The translations under genes and the position numbers were made by a program. Positions 9,100 to 17,704 of a DNA stretch of 64,000 nt are shown here, one piece after another. The stretch's first letter is position 1. The number at the start of each line of letters is the position of its first letter. The DNA is from Fibrobacterales bacterium. Lineage in GTDB: Bacteria > Fibrobacterota > Fibrobacteria > Fibrobacterales > JAOPTW01. The stretch is taken from NCBI GenBank assembly GCA_051532035.1, contig JAOPTW010000008.1, positions 128,001 to 192,000 of the forward strand. The letters are read 5' to 3'. The notes beneath the pieces were generated by a model. The model did not search any database and was not told the DNA's origin. It saw only the letters and a list, made by a program, of their open reading frames with translations.

Positions 9100-10799
9100 G
9101 GTTCAATCCAACGTCCATGATCTTTGATAAGGGTAATCAATTCCTCAACTGCACCTTCGGTATCAATACCTTTTTTAACGACCTCTTGACCAACATAGAG
9201 ATTGACTTTCCCCGGTCCTGCACCAACATACCCAAAATCGGCATCAGCCATTTCGCCTGGGCCATTTACAATACACCCCATAACAGCGATGGCAACATCT
9301 TTAAGGTGGGACGTGCGCGCTTTAACCCGCTTGTTTGTTTCTTCGAGTTCAAAAAGCGTCCGGCCACAGCCTGGGCACGAAATAAATTCAGTTTTTGTTC
9401 TGCGCATTCCTGCAGCTTGGAGAATATCAAAACTATACTCCACCGATGCTTTAATATCGTTCCCTAAATTAAGGAGCACTGCATCGCCAAGTCCATCAAT
9501 AAGGAGAGATCCTAGCTGTGCGGCAACGAGCAGTCTATCACGCTCAGATTCCCCTGTTGCCATGCGTAGCAGTATCGGGTCTTTGCGGTTATAAGTTTCT
9601 AAATACCCCGCGATAGCTCTATAAGCAGAAACGGGATTCTCTTTACCAATATATGACCAAATTGACGAACCAATCTGATCACTTTTTAGTGTAAGGAGCT
9701 CTGACACCGTTTCAATTTGCTGTTCTGGCAAAGAGAGCTCTTCAATTGAAAATTCTGGAGAACGTCCTGTCTCATCGTCTAGAGATGCATTCACCCCCAC
9801 AAGAATCTGATTTGAACCACCCAGTGTATGATCACCAACACGTATTTCTGCACTTTCACGGCGCTGATAATGGTACGGATCTTTTTTCCACTCAATTGCA
9901 GCATCAACACCATCTACTTTACACACTTCAACAAGTGTTTCGGCAACCGGTATTTCGTTTACGGGATTTTCTGTCAGTGAAACACGAACCGTATCTCCAA
10001 GACCATCAAGAAGAAGAGCGCCAATACCTACGGATGATTTCACACGGCCATCTTGACCCTCACCTGCTTCGGTTACCCCAACATGTAGTGGATACTCTTT
10101 CATGCCCGCCTCTTTGAGACGTGCCACTAAAAGGCGATAGGCTGTTACGACTATTTTTGCGCTTGATGCTTTAAGAGAGACAACTAATTGATCAAAATCC
10201 TCTTCTTCACAGAGTGTTATATACTCTAAAGCAGACTCAACCATACCCTCTATAGTATCACCAAATTTATTGAGCATACGTGCCGAAAGGGAACCATGAT
10301 TGACTCCTATTCTGAGGGATACACCACGCTCTTTAGCTGCATCAAGAAGTGGTTTAAGAGCCTCTTTAGCAAGAATTCTTCCCTGCTTAAACTCCTCTTC
10401 GCTGAACTCTCTTAGATTCTTAATCCCTTTATCGACAAAGTTACCCGGATTGATCCGTACCTTATCAACCCACTTAACTGCTTCATAAGCTGCTTTGGGT
10501 TGAAAGTGAATATCGGCAGAGACTGGAATAGTACATCCCGCTTCACGCACGAGACGCATGGTCTCTTCAAGAGTTTTCGCGTCTTTAACTGTAGGTATGG
10601 TTATACGCACCAAACTACAGCCCGCTTTCCAGAGGTCAAGCACTTGGGCAGCGGTCGCTTGTGAATCACTACTTGGTGTAGTAGTCATAGATTGCACTAA
10701 AACAGGGCTACCCCCACCAATAATATCATTGCCCACAGTAACCGGGATAGTATTCCGGCGGATGGGACTTAATCTATTTGAAACATATGCATTTTTCAT
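9096..10799 (-). CDS. ispG: (E)-4-hydroxy-3-methylbut-2-enyl-diphosphate synthase, long form
   Basis: VQSMTTT, ADIHF, RINPGN, RIGVNHGSLS, HVGVTEAG, ISCPGCGRT, IAVMGCIVNGPGE. Start moved to ATG 10799. Confidence 0.96.
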   Translation of the reverse strand: MKNAYVSNRLSPIRRNTIPVTVGNDIIGGGSPVLVQSMTTTPSSDSQATAAQVLDLWKAGCSLVRITIPTVKDAKTLEETMRLVREAGCTIPVSADIHFQPKAAYEAVKWVDKVRINPGNFVDKGIKNLREFSEEEFKQGRILAKEALKPLLDAAKERGVSLRIGVNHGSLSARMLNKFGDTIEGMVESALEYITLCEEEDFDQLVVSLKASSAKIVVTAYRLLVARLKEAGMKEYPLHVGVTEAGEGQDGRVKSSVGIGALLLDGLGDTVRVSLTENPVNEIPVAETLVEVCKVDGVDAAIEWKKDPYHYQRRESAEIRVGDHTLGGSNQILVGVNASLDDETGRSPEFSIEELSLPEQQIETVSELLTLKSDQIGSSIWSYIGKENPVSAYRAIAGYLETYNRKDPILLRMATGESERDRLLVAAQLGSLLIDGLGDAVLLNLGNDIKASVEYSFDILQAAGMRRTKTEFISCPGCGRTLFELEETNKRVKARTSHLKDVAIAVMGCIVNGPGEMADADFGYVGAGPGKVNLYVGQEVVKKGIDTEGAVEELITLIKDHGRWIEP

Positions 10800-10911
10800 A
10801 GCACTAAATATAGTCACTATTCAAATGATATCACCCACTGCCCCCCCATAATCACAACCCTGAACTCCATATTTACCGACTGAAAAAAAGACAATTAGCT
10901 ATATTAGTCCT

Positions 10912-11895
10912 ATGAAGATTTCTGACAAAAATTTAGGGTATCTCACCTTTTGGGCACTTGTTGCCACTTTATGCTGGATTACCTTTGCCATGTATGCCAA
11001 AAGCAGCAGTACCGTTAATCAATTAACCCTGATTTTTAACGATGTTGGCACCCTCAGACCACAAGACCCCATTACAAAACAGGGAATGGTCATAGGATCT
11101 GTCACCTCAATCGATTACTTTGATAAAAGTGCCAAAGTGGTGATTAGTTTCGACAATCCACTCCTTTTAAGAGCAGGAACTCAATTCATCAACTACAACT
11201 ATAGCTTGATGGGTGAACGCCGTATAAAAGTCATCCCCAGTGACACCGGCGAATATCTTACACCAGAAAGTCAAATTAAAGGAGAATTTGAAAAGGGCAT
11301 TGCAGAGACCATGCACCAATTGGCTGACCTCAATGAACAGATCACCCTGATTCGCAACTTCATATTACTCCTGCATTCAGGCAATAACGAAACCCCTCCC
11401 CTTTTTAAAAAGGTTTTTACTGAGCTCTCAAAAACTGAAGCACTCATAGAAACAATACATGTTCAATTTAATACACTGCAGCCAAAGCTCTTGTCGACTA
11501 TTGACCAGGCCAATGCCCTCACTCAAACAGGAATGGAGATCATTGATACAGCAACTATAGTAATAACAAAACTTTCTCAAAAATCCCAAGAGCTCATAGG
11601 AAGTGCAAACGAATCGATCCACACTGTTTCAGTTACCGTCGACACCCTCCAATCTCGTCTGACCACCATTGAAGAGATGGGAATCCTCACTAACGACTCT
11701 CTTTTTCAAGGAATCTATCTTGTGATTGATGGCCTCAACACAACTCTCGCAGCCATAACCAATAACGGAGTTGGATTGACTGACAGCACTGGTCAATCCG
11801 TAGGGATATTTAGCTTTTCAAACCTCAACATCCTCGGTGAAACCGCTCGTGAGAAACGTGCTAAAAAATCAAAAAATAACTCAATGAGTCAATAA
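10912..11895 (+). CDS. MCE/MlaD family protein with long helical C-terminal region
   Basis: N-terminal TM; FNDVGTLRPQDPITKQGMVIGSV and SLMGERRIKVIP are MlaD-like; coiled-coil tail. Confidence 0.8.
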   Translation: MKISDKNLGYLTFWALVATLCWITFAMYAKSSSTVNQLTLIFNDVGTLRPQDPITKQGMVIGSVTSIDYFDKSAKVVISFDNPLLLRAGTQFINYNYSLMGERRIKVIPSDTGEYLTPESQIKGEFEKGIAETMHQLADLNEQITLIRNFILLLHSGNNETPPLFKKVFTELSKTEALIETIHVQFNTLQPKLLSTIDQANALTQTGMEIIDTATIVITKLSQKSQELIGSANESIHTVSVTVDTLQSRLTTIEEMGILTNDSLFQGIYLVIDGLNTTLAAITNNGVGLTDSTGQSVGIFSFSNLNILGETAREKRAKKSKNNSMSQ

Positions 11896-11945
11896 CCCAT
11901 CCGTCCTCTTTTTTTATCATTTTATATGATTTAAAACAAAAACTG

Positions 11946-11974
11946 TTGACTGCCACTTTTTTATGAATTATATT
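11946..11974 (+). promoter_or_regulatory. Sigma-70-type promoter for tRNA-Asn
   Basis: TTGACT (11946-11951), 17-bp spacer, TATATT (11969-11974). Confidence 0.75.
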
Positions 11975-11991
11975 TGCTCTACCAAAAATGA

Positions 11992-12064
11992 TGCTCCTTA
12001 GCTCAGTTGGTAGAGCAAACGACTGTTAATCGTTCGGTCCTTGGTTCGAGTCCAAGAGGAGCAG
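11992..12064 (+). tRNA. tRNA-Asn (GTT)
   Basis: Acceptor TGCTCCT/AGGAGCA; D arm GCTC-AGTTGGTA-GAGC; anticodon arm AACGA-CTGTTAA-TCGTT; T arm CTTGG-TTCGAGT-CCAAG; CCA not encoded. Confidence 0.97.
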
Positions 12065-12070
12065 CTTTTT

Positions 12071-12100
12071 AAAGCCTAATCGCAAGATTAGGCTTTTTTT
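12071..12100 (+). terminator. Intrinsic terminator after tRNA-Asn (possibly bidirectional)
   Basis: AAAGCCTAATC-GCAA-GATTAGGCTTT followed by a T run. Confidence 0.85.
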
Positions 12101-12150
12101 GTGCCCTCTTTTAAAACCTTACTTTAATTTCCTATTACAAATGACGAAAT

Positions 12151-12177
12151 AAAAAAACTCTCGCGAGGAGAGTTTTT
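12151..12177. terminator. Bidirectional terminator-like hairpin
   Basis: AAAAACTCTC-GCGAG-GAGAGTTTTT with A/T runs on both sides. Confidence 0.6.
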
Positions 12178-12206
12178 GATATTTACAATTTTAGATGTAT
12201 CATATT

Positions 12207-12240
12207 GAAAAAGAACAGGAGTAAACAACAGGTTCACTCC
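12207..12240 (-). terminator. Possible intrinsic terminator downstream of obgE
   Basis: Minus strand GGAGTGAAC-CTGTT-GTTTACTCC-TGTTCTTTTT, about 20 nt after the obgE stop. Confidence 0.5.
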
Positions 12241-12261
12241 ACAGAAAACCAATAACAATCG

Positions 12262-13269
12262 TTACCAGTTGCCCTTCTCATTTTCCCAGTTGTCCCGCTG
12301 ATGAGGACGAACATGTTTGTCTAACGCTCTCACCAATGTTATGAGGCCTTTCTTTTCTACTGCTGAAGTGTAGATGAATTTCTCACCCGCATCTAAAAAC
12401 TTCTGCTGTGCAGATGCTTCACCCAAGTCACGCTTGTTCATCGCAATAACATAAGGCTTTTCGGCAAGCTTAGGGTGAAACTCTTCAAGCTCTTTACGAA
12501 GAGAGAGAAATTTTTCATAGGCATCGGGTTCATTTGAATCAATCACAAAAAGAAGTGAATAGGTTCGTTCAATATGCTTGAGGAACTGATGCCCAAGCCC
12601 TTTCCCTTGTGATGCACCATCAATAATACCCGGAATATCAGCAATAACAAAACTACTGTAATCGGTCGCTTGAACAATACCAAGAATCGGCTCGAGGGTT
12701 GTAAAAGGGTAGTCTCCCACTTTAGGGTGAGCACTTGAGACACAATTAACAAGAGAAGATTTGCCAGCATTGGGATACCCAACGAGGCCAACATCTGCCA
12801 TCATTTTTAGTTCAAGGAAAAGTTCATATTCTTCGCCAGGACGACCCGGTTGTGCTTTTTCGGGTGCTTGATTTTTTGAGCTCTTAAATGAAGCATTACC
12901 AAGTCCACCTTGACCACCTTTGGCCGCAAGGTATGATTGTCCTGCCTCTGTAAGGTCAGCTTTAATACGCCCTTCAGGGTCTTTTACGAGGGTTCCAGGA
13001 GGTACATAGATTATACGATCTTTACCCATTCTGCCTGATTTGTTTACCGTTCCACCAGGGACACCATCCTCGGCCTTAAAAACCCGAGAATACCCAATAT
13101 CAAGAAGGGTATTAAACTGTTCATTAACCACGAGAGTAACATCGCCGCCTTTTCCGCCGTTGCCGCCATCCGGACCACCGTATTGAATATACTTTTCACG
13201 TCGAAAACTCGACATTCCTTTACCGCCGTGACCGGATTCTACTTGAATTCTTATTTCATCTATTAACAT
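12262..13269 (-). CDS. obgE: GTPase ObgE/CgtA
   Basis: Gly-rich Obg fold GGPDGGNGGKGG; GYPNAGKS, DYPFTT, DIPG, NKRD G-motifs. Confidence 0.97.
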   Translation of the reverse strand: MLIDEIRIQVESGHGGKGMSSFRREKYIQYGGPDGGNGGKGGDVTLVVNEQFNTLLDIGYSRVFKAEDGVPGGTVNKSGRMGKDRIIYVPPGTLVKDPEGRIKADLTEAGQSYLAAKGGQGGLGNASFKSSKNQAPEKAQPGRPGEEYELFLELKMMADVGLVGYPNAGKSSLVNCVSSAHPKVGDYPFTTLEPILGIVQATDYSSFVIADIPGIIDGASQGKGLGHQFLKHIERTYSLLFVIDSNEPDAYEKFLSLRKELEEFHPKLAEKPYVIAMNKRDLGEASAQQKFLDAGEKFIYTSAVEKKGLITLVRALDKHVRPHQRDNWENEKGNW

Positions 13270-13445
13270 AGGCTCTCTGTAGTTGAGGCGCTAAATGTAG
13301 AAAAATATAACGCAGGATGAAGGCAGAAGGGTGATCTCCCACTCAGATCATCATTTAATAACCATTATATCCCAAATAAACCCAATAGTTTATGAAGAAC
13401 CGTACGTTACAATGAAGCCATCACCCATTATATGAATGCAATAAA

Positions 13446-14795
13446 TTACTCACTATTATTATCTCGAAAAAGTCCACGAATACTCTCAAGGTCAATTTCA
13501 AGCTTAGTAATGCGATTGTGCATTGCGGTTCGGTTTATACCGATTGCTTGAGCCGCCTTGTTAACGCGGCCTTTATGCTCAGTCAGTTTTTGAATAAAGT
13601 ACCGCCGTTCCTGGGAGTAGAGATACTCTTTGAGGCCAGTATAATCAAGATTAAAAAGCAGTTCATTCGAAATGGGGTTCACGTATTGTGCAATTTCAAA
13701 TTCAGATATTTCAAGATCATCGGTCAAAGAAACCGCTCGGTGTACAATATTTTCGAGCTCCCGCACATTGCCCATAAAAGGGTGAGACTCAAGAAGCTTC
13801 CACGCCTCAGGAGACAGCTTGGCAATGTGATACTCATCGAATGCATATTTATCGAGAAAATGAGGTACCAGTGTATAGAGATCTTCTATTCTATCACGAA
13901 GCGGTGCAACAGATATCGGTATAACATTAAGTCTATAGTAGAGATCCTCACGGAAATTACCCTCTGCAATCTCTTTCTGGAGATCTTTATTCGTCGCACA
14001 GATAACGCGCACATCAACGGAGATATTTCGGTTCGACCCAATAGGGCGCACCTCTCCCTCTTGCAGTGCACGGAGTAATTTTGTCTGCATCGCCATAGGG
14101 AGGTCACCTATTTCATCTAAAAAAAGCACCCCACCATCCGCCTCTTCAAACATACCCGTTCTATCCATGGCGGCTCCAGTAAAGGCCCCTTTAACATGAC
14201 CAAAGAGCTCGCTTTCAAAAAGGTTCTCGGGGATAGCGCTACAATTTACCGTCACATAGATTGGCGAAAGGGAGGAAACAGCGCGAGCGACCAGCTCTTT
14301 TCCGGTACCATTTTCACCAGAGATCAATACATTTCCATTCGCCCGTGCCGCTTTGGTAATCAGGGTTCGCAACTTACCCGCAAGAGAAGATTTACCCACA
14401 ATATTTTCAAGATTTACTCTGAGGCGGTGATTGAGTGTAAAGAGATGCGTCACCTCTTTAAATGCCTCAAGGAAGCTCATGCTAATATCTTGTTTCGAGA
14501 GCAGAATAGAGATAGAGCGATGGCTCCTATCGAGAAGACCTTGCTGGGAAGTAAACCCAAGTATAATATGCATGGGGTCTAATATCTTGATCTTTTCGGC
14601 GCATTTAAGCCCCTGATTCTCCTCTATATCAAGGTCGATAATGGTCATATCGGGTCGGCTACTATTAAAATGGTGTAACCCACTCTGCACCGTCCTGAGC
14701 ACCTCAACATCACACTCAATTGAGGTCAGTATCAACTGAATATGCGGCGTCGCATACTTCTCATTTGATATGATCAATACTTTTTGTGGGTGCAT
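13446..14795 (-). CDS. Sigma-54-dependent enhancer-binding protein (NtrC family; receiver-AAA+-HTH)
   Basis: GENGTGKELVA, ESELFGH, GAFTGA, LFLDEIG, FREDLYYRLNV, GNVRELEN; C-terminal Fis-like HTH. Confidence 0.93.
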   Translation of the reverse strand: MHPQKVLIISNEKYATPHIQLILTSIECDVEVLRTVQSGLHHFNSSRPDMTIIDLDIEENQGLKCAEKIKILDPMHIILGFTSQQGLLDRSHRSISILLSKQDISMSFLEAFKEVTHLFTLNHRLRVNLENIVGKSSLAGKLRTLITKAARANGNVLISGENGTGKELVARAVSSLSPIYVTVNCSAIPENLFESELFGHVKGAFTGAAMDRTGMFEEADGGVLFLDEIGDLPMAMQTKLLRALQEGEVRPIGSNRNISVDVRVICATNKDLQKEIAEGNFREDLYYRLNVIPISVAPLRDRIEDLYTLVPHFLDKYAFDEYHIAKLSPEAWKLLESHPFMGNVRELENIVHRAVSLTDDLEISEFEIAQYVNPISNELLFNLDYTGLKEYLYSQERRYFIQKLTEHKGRVNKAAQAIGINRTAMHNRITKLEIDLESIRGLFRDNNSE

Positions 14796-14960
14796 CTATC
14801 TTCCCTGTTGAGAGTGATAGAGGAAATATAGAAATTACTTGGTTCTAATTAAGAAAGGTTCTCACAAGAATGCAAACTATTTAAGAGTTCTTTCTCGTTT
14901 TATACCCAAGCACACGCTTCATTACAAACCTATATCTTCATTTTTTACTATTATTGCCCT

Positions 14961-16085
14961 ATGCCAAATATTGATGAGTATACCCGATTTGGAGTAGATT
15001 TTTCTGCTCGTACCTGCAGAGAACCCTACGAGTTTTCTTCTTTTATGCTCGAAAAAGTCTCGCGTACTTTTGCCATTAACATCAAAGTACTCCCTTTCGC
15101 CCTCAGAAAACCGATTCTCTTGGCCTATCTTTTTTGCCGTATTGCAGATACTGTAGAAGACGACCCTGCAATGACTGGTCTCGAAAAAAAAGAGCACCTC
15201 GAACGTTTTAAAGATATTTTCGAAAACATTCATTCTCGTGATCATGCGCTTGCGGCTGCAGAAGTTTTTTCAAAAGCCCTCCCCGAAAGCTGGAAATCAG
15301 CAGAGAATCAAGACTATAGTCAAATTCTCTCCCTCTACACCCTCTGGCCCCTCGATTCATTTCTCAATCTCTCTGATGCAAATATACAGGGCATTAAAAA
15401 ATGGGTTCTTGAAATGTGTGATGGAATGATCACCTATGGGCTTAAAGAGCGAGATGCGGGTAAACTTATGTCACTCGCAACCCTTGATGAACTCGACGAG
15501 TACTGTTACTACGTTGCAGGCACTGTAGGATACATGCTGTGTGATCTGTTCTTAAACTACTCTCCTTTGATAACTGTAAAACGGTATGGCAAAATGAATA
15601 AACTTGCCAACTCTTTTGGACTCGGACTGCAACTCACCAATATCATAAAAGATGTTGCAGAAGATATGACCCGAGACATCTGCTTTGTTCCACAAGAACT
15701 TGCACAGAAACACACTATTTCGACTGATCAACTCCTTGACCCTGCCTATAAAAAGCAGTCACTCAATGTGATGCGCGACATGATAGAGAAAGCACTCGTT
15801 CACCTGGAAGACGCTGTTCACTACACCATGCTCTTACCACGCCTTGAACCTAAAATTCGACTTTTTTGTCTCTGGCCACTCTTTATGGCTTCTCAAACAC
15901 TCGTAAAGGCTTCTGAAGATTTTGAAAGCCTCCTTAACCCCGACATTAAACTTAAAATTACACGCCCTCAAGTAAAAAGCATAATTCTTAAAACAACACT
16001 GTTCAATTTCTCAAATCGATATATAAAAAGTCGGTTTGACCAAGAAAAAGCAATCATCATAGAAAACCTCAAAAAACACCGTTAA
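14961..16085 (+). CDS. Squalene/phytoene synthase family protein, squalene synthase (FDFT1)-like
   Basis: SRTF flap, DTVEDD, YCYYVAGTVG, GLGLQLTNIIKDVAED, FCLWPLFMASQTL, KITR. Confidence 0.85.
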   Translation: MPNIDEYTRFGVDFSARTCREPYEFSSFMLEKVSRTFAINIKVLPFALRKPILLAYLFCRIADTVEDDPAMTGLEKKEHLERFKDIFENIHSRDHALAAAEVFSKALPESWKSAENQDYSQILSLYTLWPLDSFLNLSDANIQGIKKWVLEMCDGMITYGLKERDAGKLMSLATLDELDEYCYYVAGTVGYMLCDLFLNYSPLITVKRYGKMNKLANSFGLGLQLTNIIKDVAEDMTRDICFVPQELAQKHTISTDQLLDPAYKKQSLNVMRDMIEKALVHLEDAVHYTMLLPRLEPKIRLFCLWPLFMASQTLVKASEDFESLLNPDIKLKITRPQVKSIILKTTLFNFSNRYIKSRFDQEKAIIIENLKKHR

Positions 16086-16182
16086 TCCCCATTTTACACT
16101 GATAAACTTGTATTTAAGGTTAAAAGAGTGTATTTTGAGCGAATATCTTTCTATTTTTGACCCACTTTAACCGTAGGAAACT

Positions 16183-16737
16183 ATGTATAAAAATCGAAAT
16201 TTCCATATAGGCCTCGTCATTGTAGGCTTTATTCTCGACCAAATTACCAAGCTCTGGGCTGTTGCAGCATTCGCTCTCGAAGATGGCACCCCCACCAATG
16301 AAGTGTACCGTCTTGTGGGCGACCTCTTTCGTTTTAGACTCGCCTATAACACTGGCGCAGCATTTAGTATGCAACCACAAAAAATTCTCCCTTTCTTATC
16401 ACCAACCATTTTCTATTTACTCCTCTCTACAATTGCAATTGTACTGATGATTATTTTTTATCGCAAGCTCCCCAAATGGGATTGGGCCTCAAAACTTGGA
16501 ATCTCTCTCATTTTGTCAGGTGCTTTTGGTAATATGTTTGATCGTATTCGTATTCAAAAAGTTATTGACTTTATCGATTGGGACTTCCCTGATATGATTA
16601 TTCATCGTTGGCCTACATTCAACCTCGCTGACAGCTGGGTTTGTATCGGAGTAGTTTTTGTTATACTCGGCCCAATGTTCCTTGACCCTAAAAAAAAGAA
16701 TAGTCCGTCAAACTCTTCTTCTGAAGTTGAACAATAA
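16183..16737 (+). CDS. lspA: Lipoprotein signal peptidase II
   Basis: DQITK, NTGAAFS, GAFGNMFDR, VIDFI, FNLAD. Confidence 0.96.
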   Translation: MYKNRNFHIGLVIVGFILDQITKLWAVAAFALEDGTPTNEVYRLVGDLFRFRLAYNTGAAFSMQPQKILPFLSPTIFYLLLSTIAIVLMIIFYRKLPKWDWASKLGISLILSGAFGNMFDRIRIQKVIDFIDWDFPDMIIHRWPTFNLADSWVCIGVVFVILGPMFLDPKKKNSPSNSSSEVEQ

Positions 16738-16738
16738 T

Positions 16739-17704
16739 ATGTCAAATACTACCCATGCCGTTACGATCGAATCTGGTAAAATTCGCCTCGATAAATACCT
16801 ACAAGAAATTTACCCTGCTTACTCTCGTACCGACATCCACAAATGGATTGCTCAAGAAGCAATTACTGTAAATGAAAAGGGTATTAAAAAAAATCATCCC
16901 CTTTCAGATGGCGACACTATTGAAGTCGCCTTTCTTCTCGAAAAACCATCAATGAAGGTTGAACCTGAGCCCATGGATCTTGACATTGTCTTTGAAGATG
17001 ATGATCTACTGGTTATTAATAAACCTAAAGGCCTTGTGGTACATCCAGGGAATGGCATCTACACCGGCACCCTTGCTGCTGGAGTATTGCATCACTGTAA
17101 AACTCTTTCAACTATTAATGGCGAAGAACGTCCGGGCATTGTCCACCGTCTCGACAAAGATACTTCGGGCCTCATGATTGTTGCAAAGAACGATATGGCC
17201 CACGCAAACCTTGCAGCCCAGTTAGAACGTCGTGACATTAAACGAACGTATCGGTGTCTCGTATGGGGGGCCCCCCGTGACCTTGAAGGAACAATTGATG
17301 CCCCAATAGCGCGTGACCCTCGTTATAGAATACAAATGGCCATTTCTCAAACTGGGCGAAAAGCAGTAACGCACTATAAAACATTAGAGACTTATGGCTT
17401 TGCATCATACCTTGAAGTGAAACTCGAAACAGGGCGCACCCACCAAATACGTCTGCACATGCGTTACACGGGAATACCAATTATTGGAGACCCACTCTAT
17501 AATGGCCGTGAAAAACAGTCTAAAAATGTTGCCCCACTCTATAAAGCAGATGCTAAGAGAGCACTTACTTTAATGCCAAGTCAGGCACTTCAGGCGATTA
17601 AACTCCAGTTTAACCATCCAAGAACTGACGAACTCCTCACTTTTACTGCCGACCTGCAAGAAGATTTTCAAAAGTTGTTATCTTTTCTTCAGGGAACTCA
17701 GTAA
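16739..17704 (+). CDS. rluD: 23S rRNA pseudouridine synthase RluD family
   Basis: S4 domain RLDKYL; NKPKGLVVHPG, HRLDKDTSG, ETGRTHQIR. Start placed at ATG 16739, just after the lspA stop. Confidence 0.92.
   Translation: MSNTTHAVTIESGKIRLDKYLQEIYPAYSRTDIHKWIAQEAITVNEKGIKKNHPLSDGDTIEVAFLLEKPSMKVEPEPMDLDIVFEDDDLLVINKPKGLVVHPGNGIYTGTLAAGVLHHCKTLSTINGEERPGIVHRLDKDTSGLMIVAKNDMAHANLAAQLERRDIKRTYRCLVWGAPRDLEGTIDAPIARDPRYRIQMAISQTGRKAVTHYKTLETYGFASYLEVKLETGRTHQIRLHMRYTGIPIIGDPLYNGREKQSKNVAPLYKADAKRALTLMPSQALQAIKLQFNHPRTDELLTFTADLQEDFQKLLSFLQGTQ

Noticed and set aside
11992..12261. Integrated element at tRNA-Asn or tRNA-Gln
   Set aside because: No integrase, no duplicated tRNA 3' end seen, and core genes on both sides.
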